Positions 29,017 through 40,277 of a DNA stretch of 64,000 bases are shown piece after piece. The notes below the pieces were generated by a model. That model worked only from the letters and a program-made list of their open reading frames with translations. It had not been told where the DNA came from and searched no databases. A program made the position numbers and the translations under genes. Source of the stretch: Candidatus Aminicenantes bacterium (lineage in GTDB: Bacteria > Acidobacteriota > Aminicenantia > Aminicenantales > UBA8522); contig CAVSCD010000011.1 of NCBI GenBank assembly GCA_963726335.1, positions 283,540 to 347,539 on the forward strand, read 5' to 3'. Positions within the stretch are counted from its first letter, which is position 1. Every line of letters starts with the position of its first letter.

Positions 29017-30612
29017 GTGAAAAAAGCCGGCAAGTCCTCGATCGAGATCAACCCGGGGTTCCGGAAGGCCCTCGATATCATGGAGGGAACGGACCGCCAT
29101 GTCTTCATCACCGGCAAGGCGGGGACGGGTAAGTCCACGCTCCTCGAGCTTTTCCGCTCGCAGACGCCGAAGCGGATCGCGGTCCTCGCGCCGACGGGCG
29201 TCGCCGCCCTCAACGTCCGCGGCCAGACGATCCACTCGTTCTTCAAGTTCAAACCCGACATCACGCCCGACCGCATCCGGAAGCTTCCCAAGAACGCGGA
29301 CCGGGCCGCGCTCTACAAAAACCTCGACGCCGTCGTCATCGACGAGGTGTCGATGGTCCGGGCCGACCTCCTGGACTGCGTCGAAAAGTTCCTCAGGCTC
29401 AACGGCCCCCGCCCCAAAAAGTGGTTCGGCGGCCTCCAGATGATCTTCATCGGCGACCTCTACCAGCTGCCGCCCGTGGTCACCGGCCACGAGAAAGGCC
29501 TCTTCGGCGGCGACGGGGGCGGGCGGTACGAATCACCGTATTTCTTTTCGGCGGCGATCTTCGGCGAGCCGGCGTTCGACCTGGAGTTCGTCGAGCTGGA
29601 GAAGGTCTACCGGCAGACCGACGCCGGGTTCGTCGATCTTCTCAACGCCATCCGCAACCGCTCGATCGACGAGGCGGAGGTCGAGCGGCTCAACAGCCGC
29701 TGCCGGCCCGAATTCTCGCCGCCCGACGGCGAGTTCTACATCACGCTCACGAGCACGAACGACCTGGCGGCCCTGCGCAACCGCGAGATGCTCGCCGGCC
29801 TGCCCGGCCGCGCCCGCCGTTACGAGGGCCTGGTCGACGGCGAGTTCGACCGCTCCTCGCTGCCGACCGAGGAAGCCCTCGAGCTCAAGCCCGGCGCCCA
29901 GGTCATGCTCCTGACGAACGACCGGCGCGGCCGCTGGGTGAACGGGACGATCGGCCGGGTCGACAAGATCGTCAAGGTCGCGGGAGGCGACGAGATCATC
30001 GCCGTCGATATCCCGGGCGAGGGCCTGGTCGACATCGTGCCGAATACCTGGGAGCTCTTCCATTTCCGCTACGATGCCGAGGCCGACAGGATCGAGTCCG
30101 AAGCGGTGGGCGCGTTCACCCAGTACCCGCTGCGGCTGGCCTGGGCCGTGACGATCCACAAGAGCCAGGGCAAGACATTCGACCGCGTGGTCATCGACAT
30201 CGGGCGCGGGGCGTTCGCCCACGGCCAGGTGTACGTCGCCCTGAGCCGCTGCACGAGCTTCGAGGGCATCGTCCTCAAGCGGCCGATCACCAAAAATCAC
30301 ATCTGGATGGACTGGCGGATCGTCAAGTTCCTGACACGCTTCCAGTACCGGAAAGCCGACGAGGCCGTGCCGGTCGCCGAGCGGCGGGCGATGGTCATCG
30401 AGGCCATCAGGACCGGCCGGGAGCTCGAGATCGTCTACCTCAAGCCGGATGACACGAAGTCGCGCCGCCGCATCCGGCCCGAAGCCGTGGAGATGATGGA
30501 ATATCACGGCCGGACGTTCGAGGGAGTCAGGGCCTTCTGCCACAAGCGCGGCGAGGTCCGCAACTTCCGGATCGACCGGATGCTCGAGGTCAAGAAGTGC
30601 GAGGAGGCTTGA
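29017..30612 (+). CDS. Pif1/RecD-like SF1B helicase with C-terminal WYL domain
   Basis: GKAGTGKS, APTGVAA, DEVSM, GDLYQLPPV, LKPGAQVM, TIHKSQG, YVALSR; C-terminal AI...L.I.Y...R.I.P...AFC..R...RNFRIDR. Confidence 0.92.
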   Translation: MKKAGKSSIEINPGFRKALDIMEGTDRHVFITGKAGTGKSTLLELFRSQTPKRIAVLAPTGVAALNVRGQTIHSFFKFKPDITPDRIRKLPKNADRAALYKNLDAVVIDEVSMVRADLLDCVEKFLRLNGPRPKKWFGGLQMIFIGDLYQLPPVVTGHEKGLFGGDGGGRYESPYFFSAAIFGEPAFDLEFVELEKVYRQTDAGFVDLLNAIRNRSIDEAEVERLNSRCRPEFSPPDGEFYITLTSTNDLAALRNREMLAGLPGRARRYEGLVDGEFDRSSLPTEEALELKPGAQVMLLTNDRRGRWVNGTIGRVDKIVKVAGGDEIIAVDIPGEGLVDIVPNTWELFHFRYDAEADRIESEAVGAFTQYPLRLAWAVTIHKSQGKTFDRVVIDIGRGAFAHGQVYVALSRCTSFEGIVLKRPITKNHIWMDWRIVKFLTRFQYRKADEAVPVAERRAMVIEAIRTGRELEIVYLKPDDTKSRRRIRPEAVEMMEYHGRTFEGVRAFCHKRGEVRNFRIDRMLEVKKCEEA

Positions 30613-31994
30613 GAACGGGCGGCAAGGCTAATTGGTCGTAATGGGCCACATTTCCACCTGCGCCCCCTGAATCGTGCGTAATTCCTCGCAAACATTTGGC
30701 TCGAGCTGCTTAACCGGGTTCCGCCATCTCCACCGCTATTATTGCTATTACTTTTATCCCCGTTGTTATCTTTTCTATTATCTTTTAAGGTCACGGTGAA
30801 GGACTCTTCGGCCTGGCGATATTCCTTCATGCGGGCGAGGACATCGTCAGGCCACTTGCCCCCAGCGACGGCCTTTCTGAGCGCCCCGATATCGAGCACG
30901 CTGACGTCATTCCAGATACCGGCCGCGCGCAATTCTTCCTCGAGGGCCTGGCGCTTCTCCGTTCCCTCGTCTGGCCACGATTCGACAACTTTACTCGTTA
31001 TCCTGAGGCGCGCATCCGTGCCGGCGATGACGACCACGTCTTCCTGCCGGGCAAAATCGAGGGCGACTTTCCGGATGTCCTTGATCTCCGCCTCGAGCCG
31101 TTTGATTTCCGCCTGGGGACCCTTGACCTGCTCCTCGAGCTCCTTCTTCATCCGCCACTTCTCCGCATAGGCATCGACAATGGCCACGCCCGGCACCTCT
31201 TTCCAGTCGGCCTGGGGCAGTTCCTGCAGCTTGAACAGGTGCTTCTTCGCCGGGCACAGGTCCCAGTAGGGGCACCAGCCGCAAAGGGCGCTCTCGTGCG
31301 GCGGGAATTCCCGCTCGGCTTCGATCCTGTCGATCAACCCGGCGAGATCCGCCTTGAGCTTCTCGAGCGCCTCCGGCGTGCGCGCCGAGCGCATCTCCAT
31401 GTCGAAGGCCACGTAATGCCAGACGAGCCGCACCCGCTCCGCTTCCGGCCAGAGCGTCTGAACCCCGACCTGATAGAGGGCCAGCTGCTCGTCCGTGTCG
31501 ACTTCGGCCTGCTCCGGCAGGCCCGAACTCGTCTTGTAGTCGTGGATCTCGAAAGCGCCGTCCGGGGCGAGCATCAGCCGGTCGATGATACCCTTGCATT
31601 TGTATCGCCGGGCATCGTCAAGAGGGAACCGGATGTACTTCTCGAGCCCCAGAACCCGCCCTTCGTCGAAGGGGTGGTGCCGCCGGTAATAATCCTCGAT
31701 GAAGCGGCGGCCCAAGAGCCTGTAGTCGTCGGCGGTGCGCTCTTTCTTGTTGATCTTCACCTCGGGCTTCCAGTTATCGGCCCAGGCCTTTTCGTAGTAG
31801 CCCAAGAGCTCCTCGAGCGGAACGACCCGGAACGCCCGCTCTCGATAGAGCCACTCCATCGCCTCGTGGAACCGCTGCCCGAGAAAAGCCTCGACGCCTT
31901 CCTCGTAGCGCTTGATCCTGTCGACATAGACGAACTTGTAATGGCGCGCGCATTCCTCGAACTGATGAAGCTGCGAAATCGAATATTCGGCCAT
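30504..31994 (-). CDS. PD-(D/E)XK RecB/AddB/Cas4-like nuclease with Fe-S staple cysteines
   Basis: YSISQL...C, G..FH, GIIDR, DYKT, QLALY, CGWCPYWDLC; 3' end probably a read-through extension. Confidence 0.88.
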   Translation of the reverse strand: MAEYSISQLHQFEECARHYKFVYVDRIKRYEEGVEAFLGQRFHEAMEWLYRERAFRVVPLEELLGYYEKAWADNWKPEVKINKKERTADDYRLLGRRFIEDYYRRHHPFDEGRVLGLEKYIRFPLDDARRYKCKGIIDRLMLAPDGAFEIHDYKTSSGLPEQAEVDTDEQLALYQVGVQTLWPEAERVRLVWHYVAFDMEMRSARTPEALEKLKADLAGLIDRIEAEREFPPHESALCGWCPYWDLCPAKKHLFKLQELPQADWKEVPGVAIVDAYAEKWRMKKELEEQVKGPQAEIKRLEAEIKDIRKVALDFARQEDVVVIAGTDARLRITSKVVESWPDEGTEKRQALEEELRAAGIWNDVSVLDIGALRKAVAGGKWPDDVLARMKEYRQAEESFTVTLKDNRKDNNGDKSNSNNSGGDGGTRLSSSSQMFARNYARFRGRRWKCGPLRPISLAARSQASSHFLTSSIRSIRKLRTSPRLWQKALTPSNVRP

Positions 31995-32225
31995 GGATTG
32001 AAGCTCCCTGAAGATTTTTATTAAACAGCAATTCCGGCCTCAAGTCCAGGCCGCCCCGGGAGCCGCTTCGCCGGCGAGCCGGCGCCGCCAACCGGCTTCG
32101 GGGACACGTTGACGCGGCCGCGCGGCTTCTGGTATAAGTCCGCGCTGGGCCAAGGGCCCATGATTATCGACTTCGATCGAGGTCCGGCCGGACATCGCCA
32201 CGACGCGCCGGGCGGGAGGATACTC

Positions 32226-34502
32226 ATGAAGCGTTCGTCGCCAGCCGGCCCCCGGAAGGGCATTTCTGCCGCCGCCGGGCTGGCCGTCAGCCTGATGCTC
32301 TGGGCGGGCCCCGCCCCGGCCGCGCCGGCGCGCCAGTCGACCCTGACTCTCAGCCTGACCCTCGACCTCAGCGGGCGGTTCGACCAATCCATCTACCGCG
32401 ACTTCGGCAATGGGTTCATGCGCCACCACTACGGCGATGCCATCCACCTGACCTACACCATCAGGACCCGCTGGACAGTCGAGGGCGGCGAGGAAGCCAC
32501 CAGTGAAAGCCTTGACCTCGGCCAGCCCGCCAACTCCTGCTCGTTGTCGGGAGCGGGCGGCGGCACCTACAACACCTATGAGACCCGGAAGACCACGGAC
32601 CGCAAGACCCGGGCCCCGATGATGTCGGTGATGACCGTGGACTCAAGCTGGAATTACGGGACCGGCACGCCGGACAGCCCGCCGGTGCCGTCGGTTGAAG
32701 TCTCGCCCAAGAGCGGCCGGTTCCGCATCGGCCGGCTGGAGAATATCTTCGACTTCGACGACATCAAACCCGCCGGTTCGACGAAAAGCTACAACAAGAG
32801 CGCCGACGGGACCTTCTCCGATTCCTCGGCCCAGCCGTTCGGTGCGATCATGGGCCCGGCCTTCTGCAACTTCGCCAACATGTACACCATGTCGGCGCCC
32901 GTGCATAAGGGGCTGTCAGGGACGTTCGCCCCCGGCAAGCCCTTCTCCGTCTCGGGAACGGTCACCAAGGAGGTGACCCTGGCGGATTTCCTGGGGATGG
33001 CCGGGGGCTCGGCGCCCGCTCCCTCCCCCGATGTCGAGAGAAGCGACGAGGGCGGCGGCACACTGACGATCACCTACACTCTGTCCTACAACAAGGAACC
33101 CGAAGACCTCGAGGCCGTCTTCGTCCTGCCCAAGGACTTCGACGCCTGGCTGCCGACGGCGCTCCGGAACGAAAATGTGCCCGCCGACGGGCTGACGATC
33201 GGCGTCCGTCTCCGGCGGAAGGACAAGCCGGACGAACCGCCCGGCGAGAAGGCCAGCTTCACCTTCGAGCTCCTGGATACATCCCGGGAGCCCGGCATTT
33301 GCCTCAACTTTCCGGCCCCCGACAGCGTGACCAAGCCGGCCCCCTTCGACCTCCAGATCCTGGAGGCGGACAATCCCGGCCTCGAGGTCAAGGAGAAAGG
33401 CCAGTCGGCGTCCACCAAGGGCGAGCCGTCCCCCGACGCCGAAGTGATGGTGCGTTCGTTCGATTACGGCGCCTTCGCCATCCTCAAGGCGACGGCCCGG
33501 GTCGGGGACCGGACCTATATCGCCCACCTCGCGGGAGACGAGACAAAACAGTTCCTCAAGCTGCCGAAGGACGATAACGACAACCGGGTCGCCGACGGCT
33601 GGGAAAAGTCCGTCGGCTGCCTGGACAAGAACCTGCCCGCCGACTGGGACGGCGCCGACGACCCGTCCGGACAGGGAACGACCGGAGACGGGATCTCGCT
33701 CTACGAGAAATACCGGGGTTTCGATTTCGCCGGGATCCACGAGCGGCTCAAGCCCTACAACAAGAAATATGTCTTCTGCGCCGACGTGACGGGCGGCGTC
33801 CAGCAGGCCCTGGTCTCGCCGAGCATGAGCCCCTACGCCTTCACCAAGGTCAGCAGGACGGCCCTCCGCTTCATCGACGACAACCGCTGGACGGGAGAGG
33901 GCTCGTCGGCAAACGGAAAGCGGATCGTCAATTTCAACCACGGCTGGTCGGGAGGTCACGCCGTCGACCAGCACGGGCTCCGGGTCAACCTGGACGCGGC
34001 CGAGAACCCGGTCGCCCCGCCGGGCTACAACGCCTGGCGGGTGGCCAAGGGCTGGGGGGCCGAGGAAGACCCGTCGGAGACGACCGGCGGGATAACCTTG
34101 GCGGACGCCTCGGCCACTGACGGCCCCTGGTCGCCCGGCGACACCTACGAGATCCAGGTCTATCCGGGGAATATCCGGCGCCGTGTCCGCAACACGGTCG
34201 CCTATCACCTCAACGGCACAGAGGCGGACGCCCAGAAATACATCAGCGAGCACCCCGACGACTACGCCGAACACTACGCCCGCCTGCTGTCGCGCGTCAT
34301 CTCCCACGAGATGTCCCACGGCATCGGCGCGCTGGACCACACGCCGCGGGCCGACGGCGACAAGAAGTGCGTCATGAGGTATTTCGCGTGGTGGGACTGC
34401 CCCAAGAACCCGGCCGACGCCTTCGAGCTCAAGGCCAGGACCTGGCCGGATTCGCTGTGCGGTGGCTGCTGGGGCCAGGTCGATGTCAGCGACCAAAGAT
34501 AG
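32226..34502 (+). CDS. Secreted protein with C-terminal metzincin-like zinc metallopeptidase motif
   Basis: Signal peptide; HEMSHGIGALDH followed by CVM (Met-turn-like). Confidence 0.7.
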   Translation: MKRSSPAGPRKGISAAAGLAVSLMLWAGPAPAAPARQSTLTLSLTLDLSGRFDQSIYRDFGNGFMRHHYGDAIHLTYTIRTRWTVEGGEEATSESLDLGQPANSCSLSGAGGGTYNTYETRKTTDRKTRAPMMSVMTVDSSWNYGTGTPDSPPVPSVEVSPKSGRFRIGRLENIFDFDDIKPAGSTKSYNKSADGTFSDSSAQPFGAIMGPAFCNFANMYTMSAPVHKGLSGTFAPGKPFSVSGTVTKEVTLADFLGMAGGSAPAPSPDVERSDEGGGTLTITYTLSYNKEPEDLEAVFVLPKDFDAWLPTALRNENVPADGLTIGVRLRRKDKPDEPPGEKASFTFELLDTSREPGICLNFPAPDSVTKPAPFDLQILEADNPGLEVKEKGQSASTKGEPSPDAEVMVRSFDYGAFAILKATARVGDRTYIAHLAGDETKQFLKLPKDDNDNRVADGWEKSVGCLDKNLPADWDGADDPSGQGTTGDGISLYEKYRGFDFAGIHERLKPYNKKYVFCADVTGGVQQALVSPSMSPYAFTKVSRTALRFIDDNRWTGEGSSANGKRIVNFNHGWSGGHAVDQHGLRVNLDAAENPVAPPGYNAWRVAKGWGAEEDPSETTGGITLADASATDGPWSPGDTYEIQVYPGNIRRRVRNTVAYHLNGTEADAQKYISEHPDDYAEHYARLLSRVISHEMSHGIGALDHTPRADGDKKCVMRYFAWWDCPKNPADAFELKARTWPDSLCGGCWGQVDVSDQR

Positions 34503-34566
34503 GAGGCCGGTGGCGGTGCGGGAGGCGGGGCGCGAAGCGGATATGGCCAAGCGCAAGGAGGCGACC

Positions 34567-35478
34567 ATGAGACGGCACGATAAAGGATCCCAAGGATGGG
34601 CTGCGGGCCTTTTCCTTATTCTTATTCTCCTCGCAGGCGCTCTGGCGGCCTGCCAGCGGACGTCCGGGACGTCCTCGACCCAGGCCGAGCCGGCCGGCCG
34701 CGAAGAACCGCCGGCCGCCGACCTGGCGCTCGAGGTGCGTCCGCTCTGGCCGACGGTTTACACGGGTAGTCTGTTGGCCATCCGCGCCCGGATAACGAGC
34801 CCCCGGGCCCAGCAGGACGCCTACCGCGAGCTCCGGGCCCTGGAGGACGGCACGAAACCCAAGACGCCGACATTCAAGCCGCCGGCCGTGCCCAAGGGTT
34901 GGGTTGAGCAGGTCGCTTTCACCGTGAAGCAGCTCCAGGCGGACGGCTCGACCAGGCCGGTCCTCGAGGGCCTGGATTGGACGGCCTGCCTTGTGCCGCT
35001 GTCCGAAGATCAAACCGCCGATCCTGCCGGGGCGAGCGCCTTGCCCCGCGAATGGAACCTGGGCCCGGACGTCGCGCCTTTGGCCGAGGGCGCCTATCTC
35101 CTCCAGGCGGCCTGGAAGGGTCCCGAGGGGACGTTGACCGCTTCCGAGACCCGCTTCACCGTCAAGCCGGCCGCGACCCAGGACGAGAAAACGGAACACG
35201 CCCGGCGGCTGGCCAAGTTCGAGTTCGGGCGCGGGCGCTACCAGGAGGCGCTGGCCCAGGCCACGGCCGTGATCGACGCCGACCCGGTCTTCACTCCAGA
35301 GATCGCCGAGACCTTCATGGTCGCCGCGGCCTCCCAGGCCGGCCTCAAGAACTGGCAGGCCGCCGCGGAGACCTACAAGAAACTCCTCGCCTGGCTGCCC
35401 GACAAGAGCGACCAGGCCGAACTCGTCAGGGACATGCTCAAGTACGTCGAGGAGCAGGCCGCCGCGCCCGCCCGCTGA
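34567..35478 (+). CDS. Lipoprotein with C-terminal TPR-like helices
   Basis: Lipobox LAAC; GRYQEAL and NWQAAAETYKKLL TPR patterns. Confidence 0.7.
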   Translation: MRRHDKGSQGWAAGLFLILILLAGALAACQRTSGTSSTQAEPAGREEPPAADLALEVRPLWPTVYTGSLLAIRARITSPRAQQDAYRELRALEDGTKPKTPTFKPPAVPKGWVEQVAFTVKQLQADGSTRPVLEGLDWTACLVPLSEDQTADPAGASALPREWNLGPDVAPLAEGAYLLQAAWKGPEGTLTASETRFTVKPAATQDEKTEHARRLAKFEFGRGRYQEALAQATAVIDADPVFTPEIAETFMVAAASQAGLKNWQAAAETYKKLLAWLPDKSDQAELVRDMLKYVEEQAAAPAR

Positions 35479-35757
35479 GCAACCGGGCCGGCGAGCCCCT
35501 TAGCCCCGGGAAGCGCCTCCGCTATCCTCCGTCCTTCCCGAGAAATCCAGTCGGTCCGGGCCTGGCGGGGGGCCCACACGCCGCGCCGCCCCCCGGCTTG
35601 CCCATCGCCATCACATCAACGAAGAGGCCCTCCCGGCCCCGGCGCGCCGTGAAGATTTTCCTCCGGTATGCTTTAATAGTAAGGGGCTTCCGCCGGACGT
35701 CGGCGGTCCCGGAGAAGAGCGGAGAAAATGCCGCCCCCGGCGCAGAAAGGAGTCCAG

Positions 35758-36309
35758 ATGCTGCCCATCGGTCCGCTGATGGTCGAACACAGGCTTATCG
35801 AGAGGGTTCTCCGAATCATGGCGGCCCAGGTCGAGGCCATGAAGGCCGCGAACAGTGCGGATTCCGTCGAGGTGGAGAGGATCGTTCATTTCATCCAGGT
35901 CTTCGCCGACCTCTGCCACCACGGGAAGGAAGAGGATATTCTTTTCCGCGAGCTCGCCCGTAAGGAGATCTCCCCGGAGCACAGGCGGATCATGGACGAG
36001 CTCATCGGGGAACATCAGCTGGGAAGACAGCTGACAGCATCTATCTCCCAAGCCAACGAGCGGTACCGGCGGGGCGAGGAGGAAGCGCTTCCGGCGATTG
36101 CCGACGGCTTCCGCCGGCTCGTCGAGTTCTATCCGGAACACATCCGGAAGGAAGACAAGGAGTTTTTCATTCCCGTCATGGACTATTTCAGCCGGGAAGA
36201 AAAAGACGCGATGCTGCGAGAGGGTTACGAAGCCGACAGCCGGCTGCTGCACAAGGAGCACGAGGCGCTGGCGGCCGGGCTCGAGTCCGGCGCGTCCAAG
36301 CGGCGCTGA
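35758..36309 (+). CDS. Hemerythrin/HHE cation-binding protein
   Basis: LMVEH, HHGKEEDILF, EH, HIRKED. Confidence 0.9.
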   Translation: MLPIGPLMVEHRLIERVLRIMAAQVEAMKAANSADSVEVERIVHFIQVFADLCHHGKEEDILFRELARKEISPEHRRIMDELIGEHQLGRQLTASISQANERYRRGEEEALPAIADGFRRLVEFYPEHIRKEDKEFFIPVMDYFSREEKDAMLREGYEADSRLLHKEHEALAAGLESGASKRR

Positions 36310-36410
36310 CGGTTTCGATCGGCGTTTGCCCTTCTTATGACGGATCATGTCCGGTTTCCCAAGCGCTTCTCGACAGGCGGCCCGACCAATAATCGCCGAT
36401 AGAGCGGGGA

Positions 36411-36468
36411 CGGAATTCCGGGACATGACCGGATTCTCTTGAATTCGGATCGTGTCCCGCGAATTCCG
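36411..36468. repeat. REP-like hairpin (family III)
   Basis: GGAATTCCGGGACATGA...TCGTGTCCCGCGAATTCC; similar to 38651-38710. Confidence 0.75.
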
Positions 36469-36550
36469 AATGTCCCTGAACGTCGGGCAATCCCCGACCC
36501 GACGAAATCCGTGGCAGGGCAGTCCCTTCTGATGTATATTCGATGATGCC

Positions 36551-38026
<1,476 letters not shown>

Positions 38027-38103
38027 GCGGCGTGGGGCGCGCTGAGCAAGAAGCGCACAGGACACGGGCTATTTTACGTCGTTTTTCCTCTGGAAAAACG
38101 GTT

Positions 38104-38123
38104 TTACTCAGTATATTGAGTAA
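38104..38123. promoter_or_regulatory. AT-rich palindrome, possible operator
   Basis: TTACTCA-GTATAT-TGAGTAA; adjacent hairpin CGTTTTTCC-TCT-GGAAAAACG (38080-38100). Confidence 0.4.
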
Positions 38124-38416
38124 TTTTGCTCAGAAATCGCAGCGAGCCGCTTCTGCGTTTTCAGATCGCTAGTAAGACCCGGACTTCCGATTCAAGGCTC
38201 TTCAAGTGTTCTTCTTCAAGCCTCCCCAGCCGGCGGATAAGCCTTCTTTTATCTATGGCGCGGATCTGAAAAATCAGGAGTACGGATGGTTTATCGAGGC
38301 CATTAAGAACTGATGGCTGAATTGTCAGCGTGTAAGGAAACCTTCGAGCTTCTAATCTGGATGTCGCGGGGATAACGATTGTTGTGGGCAGTTGAGGATC
38401 GGCGGCGTCCGCCTGA

Positions 38417-38593
38417 CGACGATTCCGGGCCGCGGCCGAAGTTGCGGAGAAGCACGGGCTGAGGGCTTATGGCGCCGTTCACCTGGCGGCTGCGATCGAG
38501 CTCAAGGCGGCCGTGCTCCCGACAACTTCCATCATCTTCTCGTCGGCGGACGACAGGCTGCGCGAAGCGGCCCGCCAAGAGGGGCTTGGATAG
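38417..38593 (+). pseudogene. VapC/PIN toxin C-terminal remnant
   Basis: Manual translation KHGLRAYGAVHLAAA...IFSSADDRLREAARQEGLG*; in-frame stop upstream; conserved Asp appears replaced by Gly. Confidence 0.7.
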
Positions 38594-38650
38594 GCCCGGA
38601 ATTGCTGACAGGAGATCTTGTTGGAGCCCGCTCACTATAAGGCCAGTAGC

Positions 38651-38710
38651 GGAATTCCAGGGACATGATACGAATTTCGCCAGTAGAATCCGTTCATGTC
38701 CCATAATTCC
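38651..38710. repeat. REP-like hairpin (family III)
   Basis: GGAATTCCAGGGACATGA...TCATGTCCCATAATTCC. Confidence 0.75.
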
Positions 38711-38780
38711 ACCCCTCGCCGTTTGACGGCGGCGGCGCCTCTACGATAAGATAGGGCGCAACGAGCGACAGGAGAAGACC

Positions 38781-38969
38781 ATGGCCCTTGACCCGAAATT
38801 ACTCGCCATCATGGCTTGTCCGTATTGCAAAGCCGATGTCAAGCTGACCGAGGACGAGAAGGCGATCAAGTGCCTGAGCTGCCACCGCGTCTACCGGATC
38901 GAGGACGACATCCCTGTCATGCTCATCGATGAGGCGACGATTGAACCGGAGCGAAAGACCAAGGCCTGA
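38781..38969 (+). CDS. Trm112/YcaR-family protein
   Basis: LL.I.ACP.CK...C..C...Y.I.DDIPVML.DEA. Confidence 0.92.
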   Translation: MALDPKLLAIMACPYCKADVKLTEDEKAIKCLSCHRVYRIEDDIPVMLIDEATIEPERKTKA

Positions 38970-40080
38970 TCCGGCGGGCGCCCTCAACATCCTCCTCATC
39001 CGTCTCCGGCGGGTCGGGGACATCATCATGACGACGCCGGCCGTCGAGGCCGTCAAGCGGGCGCTGCCGCGGGCCTCCATCTCGTATGTCGTCGAGGAAC
39101 CGTTCCGGCGGCTGGTCGAGGGAAATCCGCATATCGACAGGGTGATCGCCATCCCCGCCAAACAGGGCGCGGGCGACTTCGCGCGGTTCGTGCGCGAGCT
39201 GAGGCGGGAGACGTATGACGTGATCGTCGATTTTCACGGGGGTCCGAGGGCGTCAAGGATCGCTTGGCTGGCGAAGGGGAAATTCAAGGCCGGGTACAAG
39301 CTGAAATACAAAAGCTGGATCTATGACGTTCGGGTGCCGCGGAGCGCCGGGAGCGGTCCCATCCACAGCGTCGAAAACCATCTGAACCTGGTGCGGGCGC
39401 TGGGGATCGAGGTCGAAACGCCGGCGCCCCGCCTCGTGCTGCCGGAAGCGAACGCGGCCGAGAAAGACAGGATCGATCGGCTGTGGGCGGAGAACGGGCT
39501 GGGCGGGTCGAAGGCCGTGGTCCTCCATGTGGGCGCCGGGAATGAGTTCAGGGATTGGGGGGAGCGGAACCTGGCGGCGCTGGCTGGAAGGTTGGCCGAG
39601 GCGCCGGGTTTGAGGGTCGTACTGGTGGGCGCCGAGGCGGATCGGGAGCGCGCGGAGAGGATCGCCGCGGGGTGCGGGAAGCCCGTAGAAAGCGCGGGAA
39701 CAGCCGCCCCCATCCAGCCGGTCGACGATCCGCTCTGCAACGCCCCGAGGACCGCCGGAGGGGAACGGGCGTCCGTCCTCTCTCTCGCCGGAAAGATCAA
39801 CCTGATCGAGCTTCGCGAGGTGATCGCGCGCGCGGCGCTTTACGTCGGCCCCGACAGCGGCCCGATGCATATCGCCGCGACGACGCGCACGCCGATCGTG
39901 GCGCTTTTCGGCCCGACGCTTCCCGCCAACTTCTCGCCCTGGCAGGCGGAGGCGACGATCGTCCAGAAGGACCTGGCCTGCCGCCCGTGCAAGCAGCGGG
40001 AATGCGTGACGCGGGATTTCCGCTGCCTTCAGACCATCGCTGTTGACGAAGTCATGGCCGCCGCCCGAAAGTATCTATAA
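38929..40080 (+). CDS. GT9 LPS heptosyltransferase
   Basis: ILLIRLRRVGDIIMTTP, DSGPMHIAA, ALFGPT; start uncertain. Confidence 0.92.
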   Translation: MRRRLNRSERPRPDPAGALNILLIRLRRVGDIIMTTPAVEAVKRALPRASISYVVEEPFRRLVEGNPHIDRVIAIPAKQGAGDFARFVRELRRETYDVIVDFHGGPRASRIAWLAKGKFKAGYKLKYKSWIYDVRVPRSAGSGPIHSVENHLNLVRALGIEVETPAPRLVLPEANAAEKDRIDRLWAENGLGGSKAVVLHVGAGNEFRDWGERNLAALAGRLAEAPGLRVVLVGAEADRERAERIAAGCGKPVESAGTAAPIQPVDDPLCNAPRTAGGERASVLSLAGKINLIELREVIARAALYVGPDSGPMHIAATTRTPIVALFGPTLPANFSPWQAEATIVQKDLACRPCKQRECVTRDFRCLQTIAVDEVMAAARKYL

Positions 40081-40277
40081 AAGACACTGCACGTTGCCCG
40101 CCGGCGCCCGTCATTCGACACTTTGGCGATTTATTGGGCGCATCTCCATTCATGTGAGGGGAATGGTCAGACTAAGGGGTGGCTCGGCGTGGGGGTCCCC
40201 TGGCGAAAGCCCGCCAATCGTGTATAATCAATCGATTTATAAGGCGCGATAACGCAAGAAAACTACATATAGAAGGA

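Noticed and set aside
30504-31994. Cas4 of a CRISPR system
   Set aside because: No cas1/cas2 or repeat-spacer array seen anywhere in the window
38101-38128. dif site
   Set aside because: Has a GTATAT-type centre, but the right arm does not match the XerD arm TTATGTTAAAT
39670-39770. About 30-aa apparent insertion in the GT9 heptosyltransferase
   Set aside because: No inverted repeat or similarity to the repeat families seen; may be an ordinary variable loop
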